Shown one piece after another: positions 54,421 through 64,000 of a stretch of DNA of 64,000 bases; positions within the stretch are counted from its first letter, which is position 1, and the number at the start of each line of letters is the position of its first letter. The notes beneath the pieces are model-generated. The model made no database searches, had not been told where the DNA came from, and worked only from the letters and a program-made list of their open reading frames with translations. Origin of the DNA: Giardia intestinalis (taxonomy: Eukaryota). Location of the stretch: the NCBI GenBank assembly GCA_000002435.2, contig CM018791.1. One strand, given 5' to 3'. A program made the translations under genes and the position numbers.

Positions 54421-56982
54421 TTATTGATTGTTTTTAATAGCGTCCTCAAATTCCAAAATACTTTCTCCAATCTCTTTTTGATAAGACAGAAGTTGCGCAT
54501 AGAAGTGCTGTTGCTCAGAGGATGGGGGACGTAGATGGTCCTTTATCCCCTTGCAGAGAACACCAGAGTCGGCTGCTCTGCTAATAAAAGAGCAGAAATC
54601 TTGTGACAGCTCGCATAGATAGCGAAGCATTGCACTTATCTTATCGTCCTTCATGAAGAACTTAACAACTAGGGTGCATAGGAAGGTGTTCATTAGATCA
54701 TTTGCGTGCACAAAACCTAGAAGTTTTCCGTCATTGGCGTCTTCCTTGTAGCATGCCTGTGAGATTTGTGTTATGTTGGTCATGAATTCAGATATTTTAG
54801 GCCCAAGGTGGCGGACTTCTAGAAAGAAGAACAGACGATCAAAAAAGAGAAGGAGTTGTGTGATAGTGTATGGTATGAGCTTTATGGTCAAGACTTGGAG
54901 CCCAAAGGCGGATGGCTCAGTATACTTTGGTGCGAGCCTGAGTCCTATGCTATTTCTTCCGTACGCTTTAGTAAGAACAGCCGATGAAGATGTCTTTCGC
55001 AAGCACAAGAGGTACGTAGACTTTATAACACTCTGGGTGTACTTGAGTGAGAGTAGTACCTTGAACATTTTGGATAACAGCTGAATATAATGGGGAGATA
55101 AAAGAAGCCCGATGGTGTTGTCGCAGGAGTACTTCAACACGAGGAGGCGGAGGATGGGGTTGTTGATGGCAAGAAAGTGCTTTGAGTATCCCTCAAGCTT
55201 GCTATGCTGGAGATGAGGGTACACTGAGAGCTCTGGGTCGTAAAAGGGCTGCCTCATCGAACGCTTACGTCTGTACCTGAACTGTTGGTCCATTGGGAGC
55301 AGCTCTATCTGCTGAGGAGTCAAGAGCCGCTCTTCCTTGTGATCTCCATCATCCTTGCCATGCTTGTACAGGAAGCGGTCGGCAATGAATTCGTGTTGGG
55401 GTCTATACTCTGTGTAGATTAATTCAAAGAGGCCCAGGAGCTCCTTCTGCTCGTCATAGACCGCCATATCGTTGGCTGCGAAGTCGTCTACAATGAATTG
55501 TAGCATCTGGTAATCTACTGACTCCGACGTTTCCACACCATCTTGGCTTGGAGCAAAGATAGGAGCTTCTCTGGTACCAATCTTTTTCTCACAGAAGTTC
55601 TCAAAGTCTAAGGAAACAGCGGGTGTGTACCTATAACAGAGGCTGAAAGCTTTCTCCAAAGCTATGTTAAATGCACGAGTCATTAGCCGGGTCGTTGTCG
55701 GTGTCTTCAAAGCACGCTCCGCACCATCGCATATGCATTGTGCAACATCAGCCTGCCTCAGGAAAGCTATCTCGAAGAGCATCTTGATGTGATTGAGAAC
55801 TCCGTTTTGTAAGAGGTGTATCCAGAGAGACTGGCTCGATAAGCATAGCAATCTGCTAAGACATCGGTCAAAGCTTATGCGATCGAACACTTGAAAGTCC
55901 TTGAGTGCTATTATGTTGCGTAGCTCATCCAGTAAATGCCTGGATTCGCGGTTGACCCCAGATATTCTACCGCACCTAGCTATCATAACAATCTGCTTGG
56001 CATGATCTGATTTAAAATAGATAGGAAAGTGATTCTTTATCAAGGAGCATCCTGGAGCTACAACCGCAACATACGTGGGAGGAGACAGTCGATCGAGAGC
56101 GGCTGTGTAGCACTCTGCATCAAAGCGGAACAGAAACTCCTTGAGCTTACTATCTAACACATTCTGATTGCATGCATCGTCTCCAAGGTCCACCGGGACA
56201 GCAAAAAATTCTGAATAGGGGTCATTCAGATATCCATCTGATAAAAACGAGTATACCATAGATGCAACTTCCTGGGCCACAGGTCGAGTGATGCGAAGAA
56301 TGGAATCATCGTAGTCCTTGCCATGTTTGCCGAGGAGGTTCAAAAGATAGTTATAGAGATGCATTCCACGGATGAGCACGGGCGTTTTGTACTTATCACG
56401 GTCATTTTTTTGTGAAGCAAGATTGTCAATGGATTGCTTGTGGAGTTGATTGATAGCTGAGAGGATTGAGACGACGTACCTGACCTCGTGCCGAACCTTT
56501 ATGCAAGTTTGCAGATAGAGTGTTCTATCGGCTGGGTTCTGGATCCAGTCTTCAAACAGCGACGCCACATGAAGCCGAGAGGAGGTAGTGAGGTCAGAAA
56601 GCCCCTGGGCAAATGCGCCAAGAATTCTGCTTGGGATTCCCTCCTTATACGCTGCTGGAACAGAGGAGAAGAAGGACCGCAGCTCCACATCGACACAGAT
56701 ATCAGTGGTGTGGGACAGCGTGCCATCCACTACCGCGGCATATAAGAGGGAATACGCGTCTATCATGAAAACGGCGTGCCCTACCTCAAGGAGAAGCTGT
56801 AAATAAGACTGATCTGCTTTGAACAGTGGAAGGAGGTCTGTGTTTATACTAAATTGCTTAAGCCCATGGTTCACCACAGGCGATGGAATGCCGCATGTTG
56901 CAATGAAGATATCGGGCACGTGCTTCTCCAGAATGTGCATAGTTTCGTAGGGACCAGTTGTAGTGGAGCCAAGGGCCGACAT
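54421..56982 (-). CDS. Hypothetical large protein (about 850 aa), mostly alpha-helical with no confident family assignment
   Basis: The track start at 57033 is GTG. The first ATG, 56982, is used here, and 56940 is an alternative. I considered but could not confirm a resemblance to the gamma-tubulin-complex (Spc97/98) family. Confidence 0.5.
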   Translation of the reverse strand: MSALGSTTTGPYETMHILEKHVPDIFIATCGIPSPVVNHGLKQFSINTDLLPLFKADQSYLQLLLEVGHAVFMIDAYSLLYAAVVDGTLSHTTDICVDVELRSFFSSVPAAYKEGIPSRILGAFAQGLSDLTTSSRLHVASLFEDWIQNPADRTLYLQTCIKVRHEVRYVVSILSAINQLHKQSIDNLASQKNDRDKYKTPVLIRGMHLYNYLLNLLGKHGKDYDDSILRITRPVAQEVASMVYSFLSDGYLNDPYSEFFAVPVDLGDDACNQNVLDSKLKEFLFRFDAECYTAALDRLSPPTYVAVVAPGCSLIKNHFPIYFKSDHAKQIVMIARCGRISGVNRESRHLLDELRNIIALKDFQVFDRISFDRCLSRLLCLSSQSLWIHLLQNGVLNHIKMLFEIAFLRQADVAQCICDGAERALKTPTTTRLMTRAFNIALEKAFSLCYRYTPAVSLDFENFCEKKIGTREAPIFAPSQDGVETSESVDYQMLQFIVDDFAANDMAVYDEQKELLGLFELIYTEYRPQHEFIADRFLYKHGKDDGDHKEERLLTPQQIELLPMDQQFRYRRKRSMRQPFYDPELSVYPHLQHSKLEGYSKHFLAINNPILRLLVLKYSCDNTIGLLLSPHYIQLLSKMFKVLLSLKYTQSVIKSTYLLCLRKTSSSAVLTKAYGRNSIGLRLAPKYTEPSAFGLQVLTIKLIPYTITQLLLFFDRLFFFLEVRHLGPKISEFMTNITQISQACYKEDANDGKLLGFVHANDLMNTFLCTLVVKFFMKDDKISAMLRYLCELSQDFCSFISRAADSGVLCKGIKDHLRPPSSEQQHFYAQLLSYQKEIGESILEFEDAIKNNQ

Positions 56983-57040
56983 CGGTGGAGTAGACAGACC
57001 TTGAAAACTAAAAAGTGAGCCTTTGACGCCCACCCATAGA

Positions 57041-57661
57041 ATGCTGCCAATGAGCTATGCACTTCCAGACGTGTTTAGCTTGCAGTTCATAACTCAGGTG
57101 TCGAAGTACGAGGAAGGCATGCCTGTTTATTTTCAGTTATTTGCAACCTACTCACTGATAAGCGTGAAGGCTCTTGCTATCCTTCACACTCTCCATACCG
57201 AGTATCCAAATGTCTTTGTCGCCGCGGTTTCTTATGATTCCTCTGACGTGGTCCGGAGTGTCATTAGAGCCCACTCCGCTCTCAAGCGGATCAATGTATG
57301 CGTAGATAAGCACTCACAGGTCAAGGCTTTTGCTAAAAACAGAGGGGTCACTGGCATTCCAACTGCGTTTGTCTTCGATGGTAACGGCTCCATCGCGTGG
57401 GAGGGATACCCCACCGGCAGCGGGCTCCACGGGGTTCTCCGCAAGCTTAACCAAATACCTGTCCAAGTTCCTTGTCTCAGCACAAGCACAATACAGCCTC
57501 CAAAGTTCTTCAATCCAGAAATGACGAATTCTAGAAAGGATTGGCGTCTCCCCGGTGGAGGAGTCAGGACCGGAGAGATAGACCCCAACGCTCTTACAAA
57601 GAGCACCCGGCACGTAAAGCAGTCAGAAGAGGCTCGCGTTAAGCGAAGCAAGCGGCCTTAG
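57041..57661 (+). CDS. Thioredoxin-fold (TlpA/ResA-redoxin-like) protein lacking the CxxC active site
   Basis: NVFVAAVSYDSSDVVRSVIRAH...VKAFAKNRGVTGIPTAFVFDGNGSIAWEGYP parallels redoxin segments VVLGVSVDD...KFLKEN and AKAYGVRGIPTTFLIDKDGKIV. The position of WCGPC reads ATYSL, with no Cys. The track start at 57023 is TTG. ATGs at 57041, 57050 and 57119 are all possible. Confidence 0.4.
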   Translation: MLPMSYALPDVFSLQFITQVSKYEEGMPVYFQLFATYSLISVKALAILHTLHTEYPNVFVAAVSYDSSDVVRSVIRAHSALKRINVCVDKHSQVKAFAKNRGVTGIPTAFVFDGNGSIAWEGYPTGSGLHGVLRKLNQIPVQVPCLSTSTIQPPKFFNPEMTNSRKDWRLPGGGVRTGEIDPNALTKSTRHVKQSEEARVKRSKRP

Positions 57662-57690
57662 TATGTTTTGGAATGTAAAGACCGATACAC

Positions 57691-60072
57691 TTAATTTACT
57701 GATAGATCTAGACCGTCATTTCTACTTTTTATGTACTTATCATGATTTTTCTCTAGAACGCTTTGCACATAGGTAACGAAGTCTGGAGAATCTGTAAGGA
57801 ACCGTATCAAGGCAATCTGACCGGCGTCCTCATCCACAGGTGGAGGGCTTATGTTAGATAGTGAAAGAGGATAGGCTAGATCTTGTTTAGTGTCTATATC
57901 CTTGTTCCTATAGTAGCCAGCCAGCCGCTCTTTGTAGAGTCTCCAACACGTGTCGTTGCACCGAAGACTCACCCTCAAGAGCGTCTCGCAAACCAGGTTA
58001 AAGAATGGATTTCTGTTTTTCTTGAGGGACAGTGATGGTAGAAAGGCGAATAACTTACTGTCCAATATCACCCTCTTGAATAGGTTCGCGGAGTCAGTGG
58101 CGAAGATAATGATAGAACTGAGGATTCGTGTAGCGTAGTGTTTTATAATAGTCTGTTGACCTGTTGTGATGCTAAAAAGCATGAGTTGAAGTGTGAGCAA
58201 CGGGTTTTTTCCGTTTTCTGGGGGAGGAAATGCGCATGCAAAAATGCTAAGGGGAGATGGAGAGATGATTCTCCCCTTTATCAGATATGTCTCACAAAGA
58301 TCTATGGACTCTGGACATGTTGTACTTATTGTACCCAAGTACGGAATGTGTCCACAGTAACGGTAATCGAATCTGGCATTCTTAGTTAGGCTGTCTCCAT
58401 CAGCATATAAAACTAGGGCTTCTGTTGAAGCGCTGTTGGTGGCAAGATAGAGCATCTTTCCTATGTCATCGAGAATGCAGAATACACTGGCAAGATGCTT
58501 CATTGTCACGGATATGCGTGCCAGGTAACTAGAATCAAGTCGCCCTGAGACCATCCTTGGCATATGGTGTTGAAGAAACTGTGCCAACAGTTCTATGTAC
58601 GCATCGTATATGGGAACAAGCCCCGTCTCTACTTCACTTGGAAACAGTGCTTGACCGAGCCTGATGCTTCCTATTCCAGATCGACCACCGCTTCTAGCTG
58701 TATCTGCTGACTTAGAATGGCCGTCTGTGCGTGTAGTTTTCTCCCCTGATATCGCTATAATCGCCAACTGTTCAATAATACTGTGTAAAGAGAACCTTGC
58801 AGACGAGCCCTTGCTATCGGTATCGACACTAATGCTATCGTACCTTGATTCATCAGTGCCAAGGACTTCGGCAATGTAAAGCCTTGGAGCACGTAGAATC
58901 ATGCTAACAGAGGTAGAGGAAAACGTACACATGAGCTTAAGAGTATGAAGTGAAGACATACACAGCAGCTCCGGTGAGAACAAGATGCGGGCAACAGTTG
59001 GAAGATAGCGCGCGATCGATCCTATCAATAGAATACTCCCGCTGGCCATAATCTGGCAGAGGAGTTCCACTGCATTCGCTAGCACATCCTCTGTGATAGG
59101 AGAGACGCCACTCAAACGTGCCTTGTGATTGTTCAGCTCGTCCACTTCCTGTTGTGCACCGTTCCTGGCTTGCCCATCTTTTACGGGTCCTGCACACAAC
59201 CAAGTAGACACCTCTACGAAGCTTACTAGAGGAGAATGTAACGGATTGGATGGACATGGAAAACTCTGTGAGGCTTCAAGCAGGTCTTTTGGTAAAAGAT
59301 AATAAAATACAATATCCATAAAGTATGTAGCTAATAGAAAATCATTAATCTTTGTGGCAACGGACTTAGCTACTGGCGAGCATTTGCAAAGTAGAGAGCC
59401 TGTAAAATTATTGACATACGCTATATCAAGTAGCATAAAAAAGGGATTCAAAGGGATGCAAGTGCAGTGAACAGAATTGACAGTAACTGCATATCGTCTC
59501 GTCAACTCATCTAAGAGAATCTCTGTGCCGGTATTCGTGTTTGCTATATATTCCAAGGACAACATCATAGCATCCAGACTATCCATATACCGATTTGTTA
59601 CTATATATCTTTCCTTGAGAGATTTGGCCTCTGTAACGGTCTTCGTGATATAGTCAAGGGCCGTGAACATGGCGTCAAAGAAGAGAGACTCAGGGGCCAT
59701 CAGAAAAGAGAACAGGCTACTCTTAGATCTCCCTTCAGTAATTCTTTCTGATGCCTTAAGAATCAAAAGGGCACTTCTGGCTTCTACCGTATCCTTGATG
59801 TGCTCTCCACATATTTGGACTACCCCTCCACATAAGCAGAGAGGGATCATTGTTATGGCCGCCACCAGATCAATAACGCTCTCTTTAGTTGCAAATTTGG
59901 AGAAGAAGTTGCCGGTCTTTATGCTGACAAGTCTTTCTATGGCAGGAACAGAAAGAAGCTCCTTCACCGTCATTCTCTGAAGCCCGCCAAAGGTGGGTAC
60001 TTGGAGGTACGCTTTGGCTTCTCCAACAATACAATAGCCGCTCTCTATCCGATCGGGCTCCTTTTGCGGCAT
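57691..60072 (-). CDS. Hypothetical protein (about 793 aa)
   Basis: The track start at 60105 is TTG. ATG 60072 lies behind catctcaaaaATGcc. No recognisable domain. It is 19 bp downstream of the stop of the next minus-strand gene. Confidence 0.55.
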   Translation of the reverse strand: MPQKEPDRIESGYCIVGEAKAYLQVPTFGGLQRMTVKELLSVPAIERLVSIKTGNFFSKFATKESVIDLVAAITMIPLCLCGGVVQICGEHIKDTVEARSALLILKASERITEGRSKSSLFSFLMAPESLFFDAMFTALDYITKTVTEAKSLKERYIVTNRYMDSLDAMMLSLEYIANTNTGTEILLDELTRRYAVTVNSVHCTCIPLNPFFMLLDIAYVNNFTGSLLCKCSPVAKSVATKINDFLLATYFMDIVFYYLLPKDLLEASQSFPCPSNPLHSPLVSFVEVSTWLCAGPVKDGQARNGAQQEVDELNNHKARLSGVSPITEDVLANAVELLCQIMASGSILLIGSIARYLPTVARILFSPELLCMSSLHTLKLMCTFSSTSVSMILRAPRLYIAEVLGTDESRYDSISVDTDSKGSSARFSLHSIIEQLAIIAISGEKTTRTDGHSKSADTARSGGRSGIGSIRLGQALFPSEVETGLVPIYDAYIELLAQFLQHHMPRMVSGRLDSSYLARISVTMKHLASVFCILDDIGKMLYLATNSASTEALVLYADGDSLTKNARFDYRYCGHIPYLGTISTTCPESIDLCETYLIKGRIISPSPLSIFACAFPPPENGKNPLLTLQLMLFSITTGQQTIIKHYATRILSSIIIFATDSANLFKRVILDSKLFAFLPSLSLKKNRNPFFNLVCETLLRVSLRCNDTCWRLYKERLAGYYRNKDIDTKQDLAYPLSLSNISPPPVDEDAGQIALIRFLTDSPDFVTYVQSVLEKNHDKYIKSRNDGLDLSVN

Positions 60073-60091
60073 TTTTGAGATGATCCGAGAT

Positions 60092-63000
60092 TTACTTTTG
60101 GTCAAATCTGTCTGTACTCCGATCTGTGTAGCCTCTCGTGAGCGAGCCTGAGGACTGTGGGGCCCGGCTTGTAAATGACCCGGACTCTGGATACGGAGAG
60201 TCTGTACGGCTTATGGGCAGCCCGTCATAGCTCCTGGTGGAGTGCATCGTTGAGTCAGGGGTTCCATATGAAGTAGTGTATAATGCTTGTGAACTGTTAT
60301 ATGAGTTCCTACCCAGACCTCTTGCTGAATAGTATTGTGTGCTTGTTCCACTCGGTCCCACTACTGTCGTACTTCCGCGTCGCGGTTGCTCTGTTCTAGA
60401 ACTAGATTGGAATGTGGCGCGGCGTTCCTTTATCGACGAGTCGAACAATCTGTCAGATATTTTCCCCTGAATGTTGCTGTTGGTGACGGTGTACATCATG
60501 GGAGGCGAAACTTTGTCGGGATATTGTCTTTCTAATGGCGAATAGTTTTGAGGATTAGTCATCCTACTATTGTAATCCAGGCTTAGCGATGAAACCAAAG
60601 GCTGTTGCTTGGGTGGTGCTGTATTGGGGCTGAATCTTTCTACGTCATCGTTGGCAGCAAATACGCTCGACACAGGAGCACCAGCGAAAGTCTTCGAAGA
60701 TGGTAAGACCTCTGTCTGAGATAGCTGCGGAGTAGCTTCTCCTCGCATCTCAGTCTTTTCGTATCGAGGCCTTAGCTGTCTTGATGGCCCTAGGGTTGGC
60801 GGAGCCGTACTAGGACCTGCGGCAGGAGCAGCAATGGTGGCTGTAGGCCCAGAAGGTGTTCTTGCAGGCTGCGCTGAAGTCGGCTGAGAGCTTCTTTTAC
60901 CTTTAGCATCTCTCCTTTTTGGTAGAGGAGTGCTTGCGCGCCAGTTCCTAGACCTTTCCGAACCAGTCTCCTGTCCTTGCCGGGCAGCAGTCATGCCCCC
61001 TGTCTGAGGAGAAGATTCAATAGGGCTACCTCCAAGCACTGGTGAAGCAGCCTTTGCAGCCACAAGCTTCTGCATAAATTGCTTGTGGTTGAAGTCATAC
61101 GCAGCAACTTGTAAGGAGTGAAGTTCTAGCACATTTTTAGAGTAGATTACTAACCCCGAGTCCTTGATGAGTGTGTCAACAAGCTGCGACCTGGTATCGT
61201 TTGGACTATTTTTCTGGAACACAGCAAGACCAGACAGTGCAGTAGCCAGAATAACCTGATTCTCTGTTTGATAAATGCCTTGCAGTAGAGGGAGGTTTGC
61301 CAAGCGGCGAGAAAGGATGTGTGTCTCTGTGGCACCTGTCGATATGTTGATTAACCCTTGGACGATTCCCTTGCAGAAGCAATAAAAAGAGGTTCGACGC
61401 GGCGCAGGAATGTACGTCATCTCACTAAGGGACTCGCTTAATCTGGATGATTGCAGAAGAAACTTAAATAGTATGGGGCTATAATAACCTAGAATTGCAG
61501 TGTTGAGAAAGATTTGGGCAACCGCTGAATGAAGGATGGAGTTGTGTGGATTAGATCGCGCCAGCTCTATAAGGTTCCGATAGGACCCCGTGCGCTCTAA
61601 CTCAAAGCAGATTTTAAGCATTATATTCCTAGTGATTGTCTTTTCAGAAGCGAAACGGGCTGGAATACTGTAGCCTGTGATATTGGGGTTTACGGATCCT
61701 GATAAGAAGCAATTCAACAGCTTAACGAGGTTAGAGTCGGTTGGGGTCGACCCAAATACCCCATAAAAAGAGTCATTTGTGTTCATTGGAGTGGACCGTA
61801 CGGTCAATAGAAGTGCAAACGTTTTGAGAATTATCAAAAGTTGGGCTGTGACAGTTCCAGAGCGCAGACAGCTAGATAAAATATTCGAGAAGGAAACGAC
61901 AGCCTCTAGGTAATACTGAAACAGAGGGTTAAGCGGCTTATCCTTGTCGTCCAGCCAAGGCGTGCTAGTTGAAGATGTTGGCTTGTTGCTCTTCGAGCGA
62001 CCCCTGAGGTCAATATCAGTCGTCACACCAAGCGGTTTCTTAGATGCCAAGTCAGGTGACACCAGGGTGGGGTTGGCTTCGGCATCTTGCAGAAGGACAC
62101 AGAAACAAAGCACAGTGAACAGCCCCAGCTGCTTGAGACGAAGGCTGTACGTCACTGGTGTGCTTGGGCTGGTGATGGTCGCTACATCAAAAGTGCACTT
62201 TATGCAGTCTGGCGCTATCGTCATCAAGACCGTCCTCTGAAGAGGCACCGGGGCCGAAAGTAAAAAACCCATTAGAAACTCAGCAGAGGAGAGAGCCAGC
62301 GAGTGCTCCATTCCTCGCACTTGATTCTGTCCATAGATAAATCCCATAAGAGTATTAAGCAGCCGCTCCTTCACTAGTGCATTACGAATCGTAGTTATAG
62401 GAGCAACTGTTCCAGAGTAACTAGGAGTAGTTGAAAGTGTCTCGGATAAAATGGTAAAGACCTCTGAATAATGCATTGCAGACAATAAGCGTTTGAAGAA
62501 AGAGATGTTGATAGGCTGAAGAAAAGTCGACAAAACGATATCTTGGAGATTTCCACACCTGATTAGGGTGATAATAATAGACCTAAGGCATTCTAACACC
62601 GATAGATCCTCTTTAGAATATGAGCTAACAGGGAACCCTCGCTCTGTAGAGCCTAGAATCATCAGAGGCAGGGTCAATAGTGCAGGGACAGAAGGAAGAG
62701 GCTGCAAGGCTGACGGAGTTGCGCGGCCCAGAGAGTCTATCATGAGATTGGCTAGATTAATTCGTTGCTCCACCGGAATCTGATTTGTCCACAGCTGCAG
62801 TTGTGTCTGTTTAGTAAGTATCCGCCACTCATTGTAGTACCTCTGAGCCCTGTCGTCAGACAAAGGCCCGAGAAACACAAATTCCGCCATAAAATTAACG
62901 TTTCCCTGTTGTAGTAGAATACTGAGGGGCACCATGCTAGCATCCAGTCCTCCACTAGGAGAGCTTCTTTCTAAGAGCGCACGCAAAAAATCAGTGCCCT

Positions 63001-63172
63001 TTTTGAAGTCGTCCCTATCTGTGAAAGGACGTTCTTGTTTGTTCAATCCCAACGTGGGGGATATAGCATGTGCTTGTGAGGCAGGAGCATCATAGGTGCT
63101 CCAGTATGTGCGCTGTGTCCCCAAAACCTTTCGTCTTGAGGCTATGTCGTACGCTATAACGGGAAGTCTCAT
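60092..63172 (-). CDS. Hypothetical protein (1026 aa): helical N-terminal about 700 aa plus a long S/T/P/Q/G-rich disordered C-terminal tail
   Basis: ATG 63172 behind ctgtgaacaaaaaaaattgcgtttgtgaATG. The C-terminal about 300 aa (about 60092-61000) is low-complexity (TPSGPTATIAAPAAGPSTAPPTLGPS...). Confidence 0.6.
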   Translation of the reverse strand: MRLPVIAYDIASRRKVLGTQRTYWSTYDAPASQAHAISPTLGLNKQERPFTDRDDFKKGTDFLRALLERSSPSGGLDASMVPLSILLQQGNVNFMAEFVFLGPLSDDRAQRYYNEWRILTKQTQLQLWTNQIPVEQRINLANLMIDSLGRATPSALQPLPSVPALLTLPLMILGSTERGFPVSSYSKEDLSVLECLRSIIITLIRCGNLQDIVLSTFLQPINISFFKRLLSAMHYSEVFTILSETLSTTPSYSGTVAPITTIRNALVKERLLNTLMGFIYGQNQVRGMEHSLALSSAEFLMGFLLSAPVPLQRTVLMTIAPDCIKCTFDVATITSPSTPVTYSLRLKQLGLFTVLCFCVLLQDAEANPTLVSPDLASKKPLGVTTDIDLRGRSKSNKPTSSTSTPWLDDKDKPLNPLFQYYLEAVVSFSNILSSCLRSGTVTAQLLIILKTFALLLTVRSTPMNTNDSFYGVFGSTPTDSNLVKLLNCFLSGSVNPNITGYSIPARFASEKTITRNIMLKICFELERTGSYRNLIELARSNPHNSILHSAVAQIFLNTAILGYYSPILFKFLLQSSRLSESLSEMTYIPAPRRTSFYCFCKGIVQGLINISTGATETHILSRRLANLPLLQGIYQTENQVILATALSGLAVFQKNSPNDTRSQLVDTLIKDSGLVIYSKNVLELHSLQVAAYDFNHKQFMQKLVAAKAASPVLGGSPIESSPQTGGMTAARQGQETGSERSRNWRASTPLPKRRDAKGKRSSQPTSAQPARTPSGPTATIAAPAAGPSTAPPTLGPSRQLRPRYEKTEMRGEATPQLSQTEVLPSSKTFAGAPVSSVFAANDDVERFSPNTAPPKQQPLVSSLSLDYNSRMTNPQNYSPLERQYPDKVSPPMMYTVTNSNIQGKISDRLFDSSIKERRATFQSSSRTEQPRRGSTTVVGPSGTSTQYYSARGLGRNSYNSSQALYTTSYGTPDSTMHSTRSYDGLPISRTDSPYPESGSFTSRAPQSSGSLTRGYTDRSTDRFDQK

Positions 63173-63261
63173 TCACAAACGCAATTTTTTTTGTTCACAG
63201 AGCTAGAGCAGCAGCATCCAATAGCCGCACAACCTCCTAGCAAGCATCACACAGAACACGT

Positions 63262-63675
63262 TTATTCATGCTGAGTAAACTCGCTGGCTGGGAGGGTTTG
63301 CACTAGGGCGCGGATCCCGCCCTTAACCAGATAAACGGGCTTCTCCGGAAAGGCTGTCTGGATTGCATGGGCCGAGCGGTGGGCGCGCCTGCCGGATGAC
63401 CTACAGTAGACAAAGCACGCTGGGGTGTCCTTGAATTGGAGGACAGTGTCCGGATTAGCGTCGATCGTGTTGACAGGGACGTGCATACTGCCATTGAGCA
63501 CTCCGCCGTCCTGACCAAAGTCAACATCTCTCACATCGATGACTGCGGCGCCAGGGTGCTTCTCGAGGGTGCTCTTGAAGGCAGCGGCCTCAATGCTCGT
63601 GAACTTGTAGTCTTCACTCATTTGAAATACTTTTGCGCAGGAGAAACATTGAAGTGTAAATCTAAGTTTTTCCAT
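63262..63675 (-). CDS. Rhodanese-fold Cdc25/ACR2-like protein with a CX5R active-site loop
   Basis: 137 aa. AVIDVRDVDF...FVYCRSSGRRAHRSA places Cys-x5-Arg (C-R-S-S-G-R-R) at the rhodanese/Cdc25 catalytic-loop position. ATG behind gtgtaaattATGg. Confidence 0.6.
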   Translation of the reverse strand: MEKLRFTLQCFSCAKVFQMSEDYKFTSIEAAAFKSTLEKHPGAAVIDVRDVDFGQDGGVLNGSMHVPVNTIDANPDTVLQFKDTPACFVYCRSSGRRAHRSAHAIQTAFPEKPVYLVKGGIRALVQTLPASEFTQHE

Positions 63676-63721
63676 AATTTACACATGGAGATAGACTGAT
63701 TCGAGAGCAATTAATTGACAA

Positions 63722-64000
63722 TTAGTTGAAATAGTCTGTCTTATTCTTTTGTCTAATCATCTGCCTAAGACTTGTGTTCGACGATGTGGTGCTGGTTGGC
63801 TTAATCGGAGAGTGGTCAGCAGGCCCGTGCCCCGATATAACGTCCCGAAGCTCGACAGACATCGACATTGGGTGTGGCGAGTTAATCCCTGAGGAGTATA
63901 CTTGAAAATTAATGTTGTTAGAATCAATATCCGACGCCTTGGCAGCATCCTCTCCCTGCATGTTTCTCCGCGGTATCTGGTCGGTGATGCTCCCGCGGCG
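63722..64000 (-). CDS. Possible 3' end of a minus-strand gene whose N-terminus lies off the right edge of the window
   Basis: ORF 63722..63961 has no strong start context inside the window. The reading frame may continue to the window end. Weak. Confidence 0.2.
   Translation of the reverse strand, partial: RRGSITDQIPRRNMQGEDAAKASDIDSNNINFQVYSSGINSPHPMSMSVELRDVISGHGPADHSPIKPTSTTSSNTSLRQMIRQKNKTDYFN

Noticed and set aside
54421-56982. Assignment of the 850-aa protein to the gamma-tubulin complex (Spc97/Spc98/GCP) family
   Set aside because: There is only a vague helical-repeat resemblance. I could not locate the GRIP motifs by eye, so it is left as hypothetical.
1-64000. Prokaryotic defence island, CRISPR array or operon structure
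   Set aside because: No direct-repeat/spacer periodicity and no Shine-Dalgarno-spaced co-directional operons. The genes encode eukaryotic domains (PX, RING, ankyrin, NEK, USP, Spt4, DDI1), with A/T initiators at ATGs and polyA-type signals at stops. The window is eukaryotic (Giardia-like).

Overview
This window reads as a compact, intron-free stretch of a protist nuclear chromosome. I infer Giardia intestinalis (lamblia), from: short A/T-rich initiator-like stretches directly abutting nearly every ATG (e.g. tattttaaaaaATG, gaattaaaaaacttaaATG); 5-150 bp intergenic spacers; convergent stops only 5-12 bp apart; a CXXC/GGCY-rich high-cysteine membrane protein; several NEK kinase or pseudokinase plus ankyrin-repeat ('protein 21.1'-type) genes; and an IscS with the SSGSACTS motif. 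I call about 31 protein genes, a tRNA-Leu(CAA) and one poly-Glu gene on a GAA/GAG-rich tract. The strongest signals are: (i) four paralogous PX-domain genes, three of them head-to-tail, whose acidic disordered regions carry a reiterated [DE][DE](M/L)FGF short linear motif, 13 copies in the 1811-aa member; (ii) an FG-repeat nucleoporin-like gene; (iii) an ABCA-type full transporter whose second nucleotide-binding domain stops right after the ABC signature, 76 bp from the tRNA; (iv) a RING + TRAF-zinc-finger + PX fusion; (v) a thioredoxin-fold protein without its CxxC. Several ORFs in the supplied track begin on GTG or TTG (verified at 6881, 11401, 38010, 52604, 52408, 57033, 57023 and 60105); I moved those eight to the first ATG that sits behind an A/T-rich initiator. 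The track also misses a 3'-partial transporter gene at the left edge. No CRISPR array, prokaryotic operon or transposon is visible. Product calls rest on motif recognition by eye and need HMM or BLAST confirmation.
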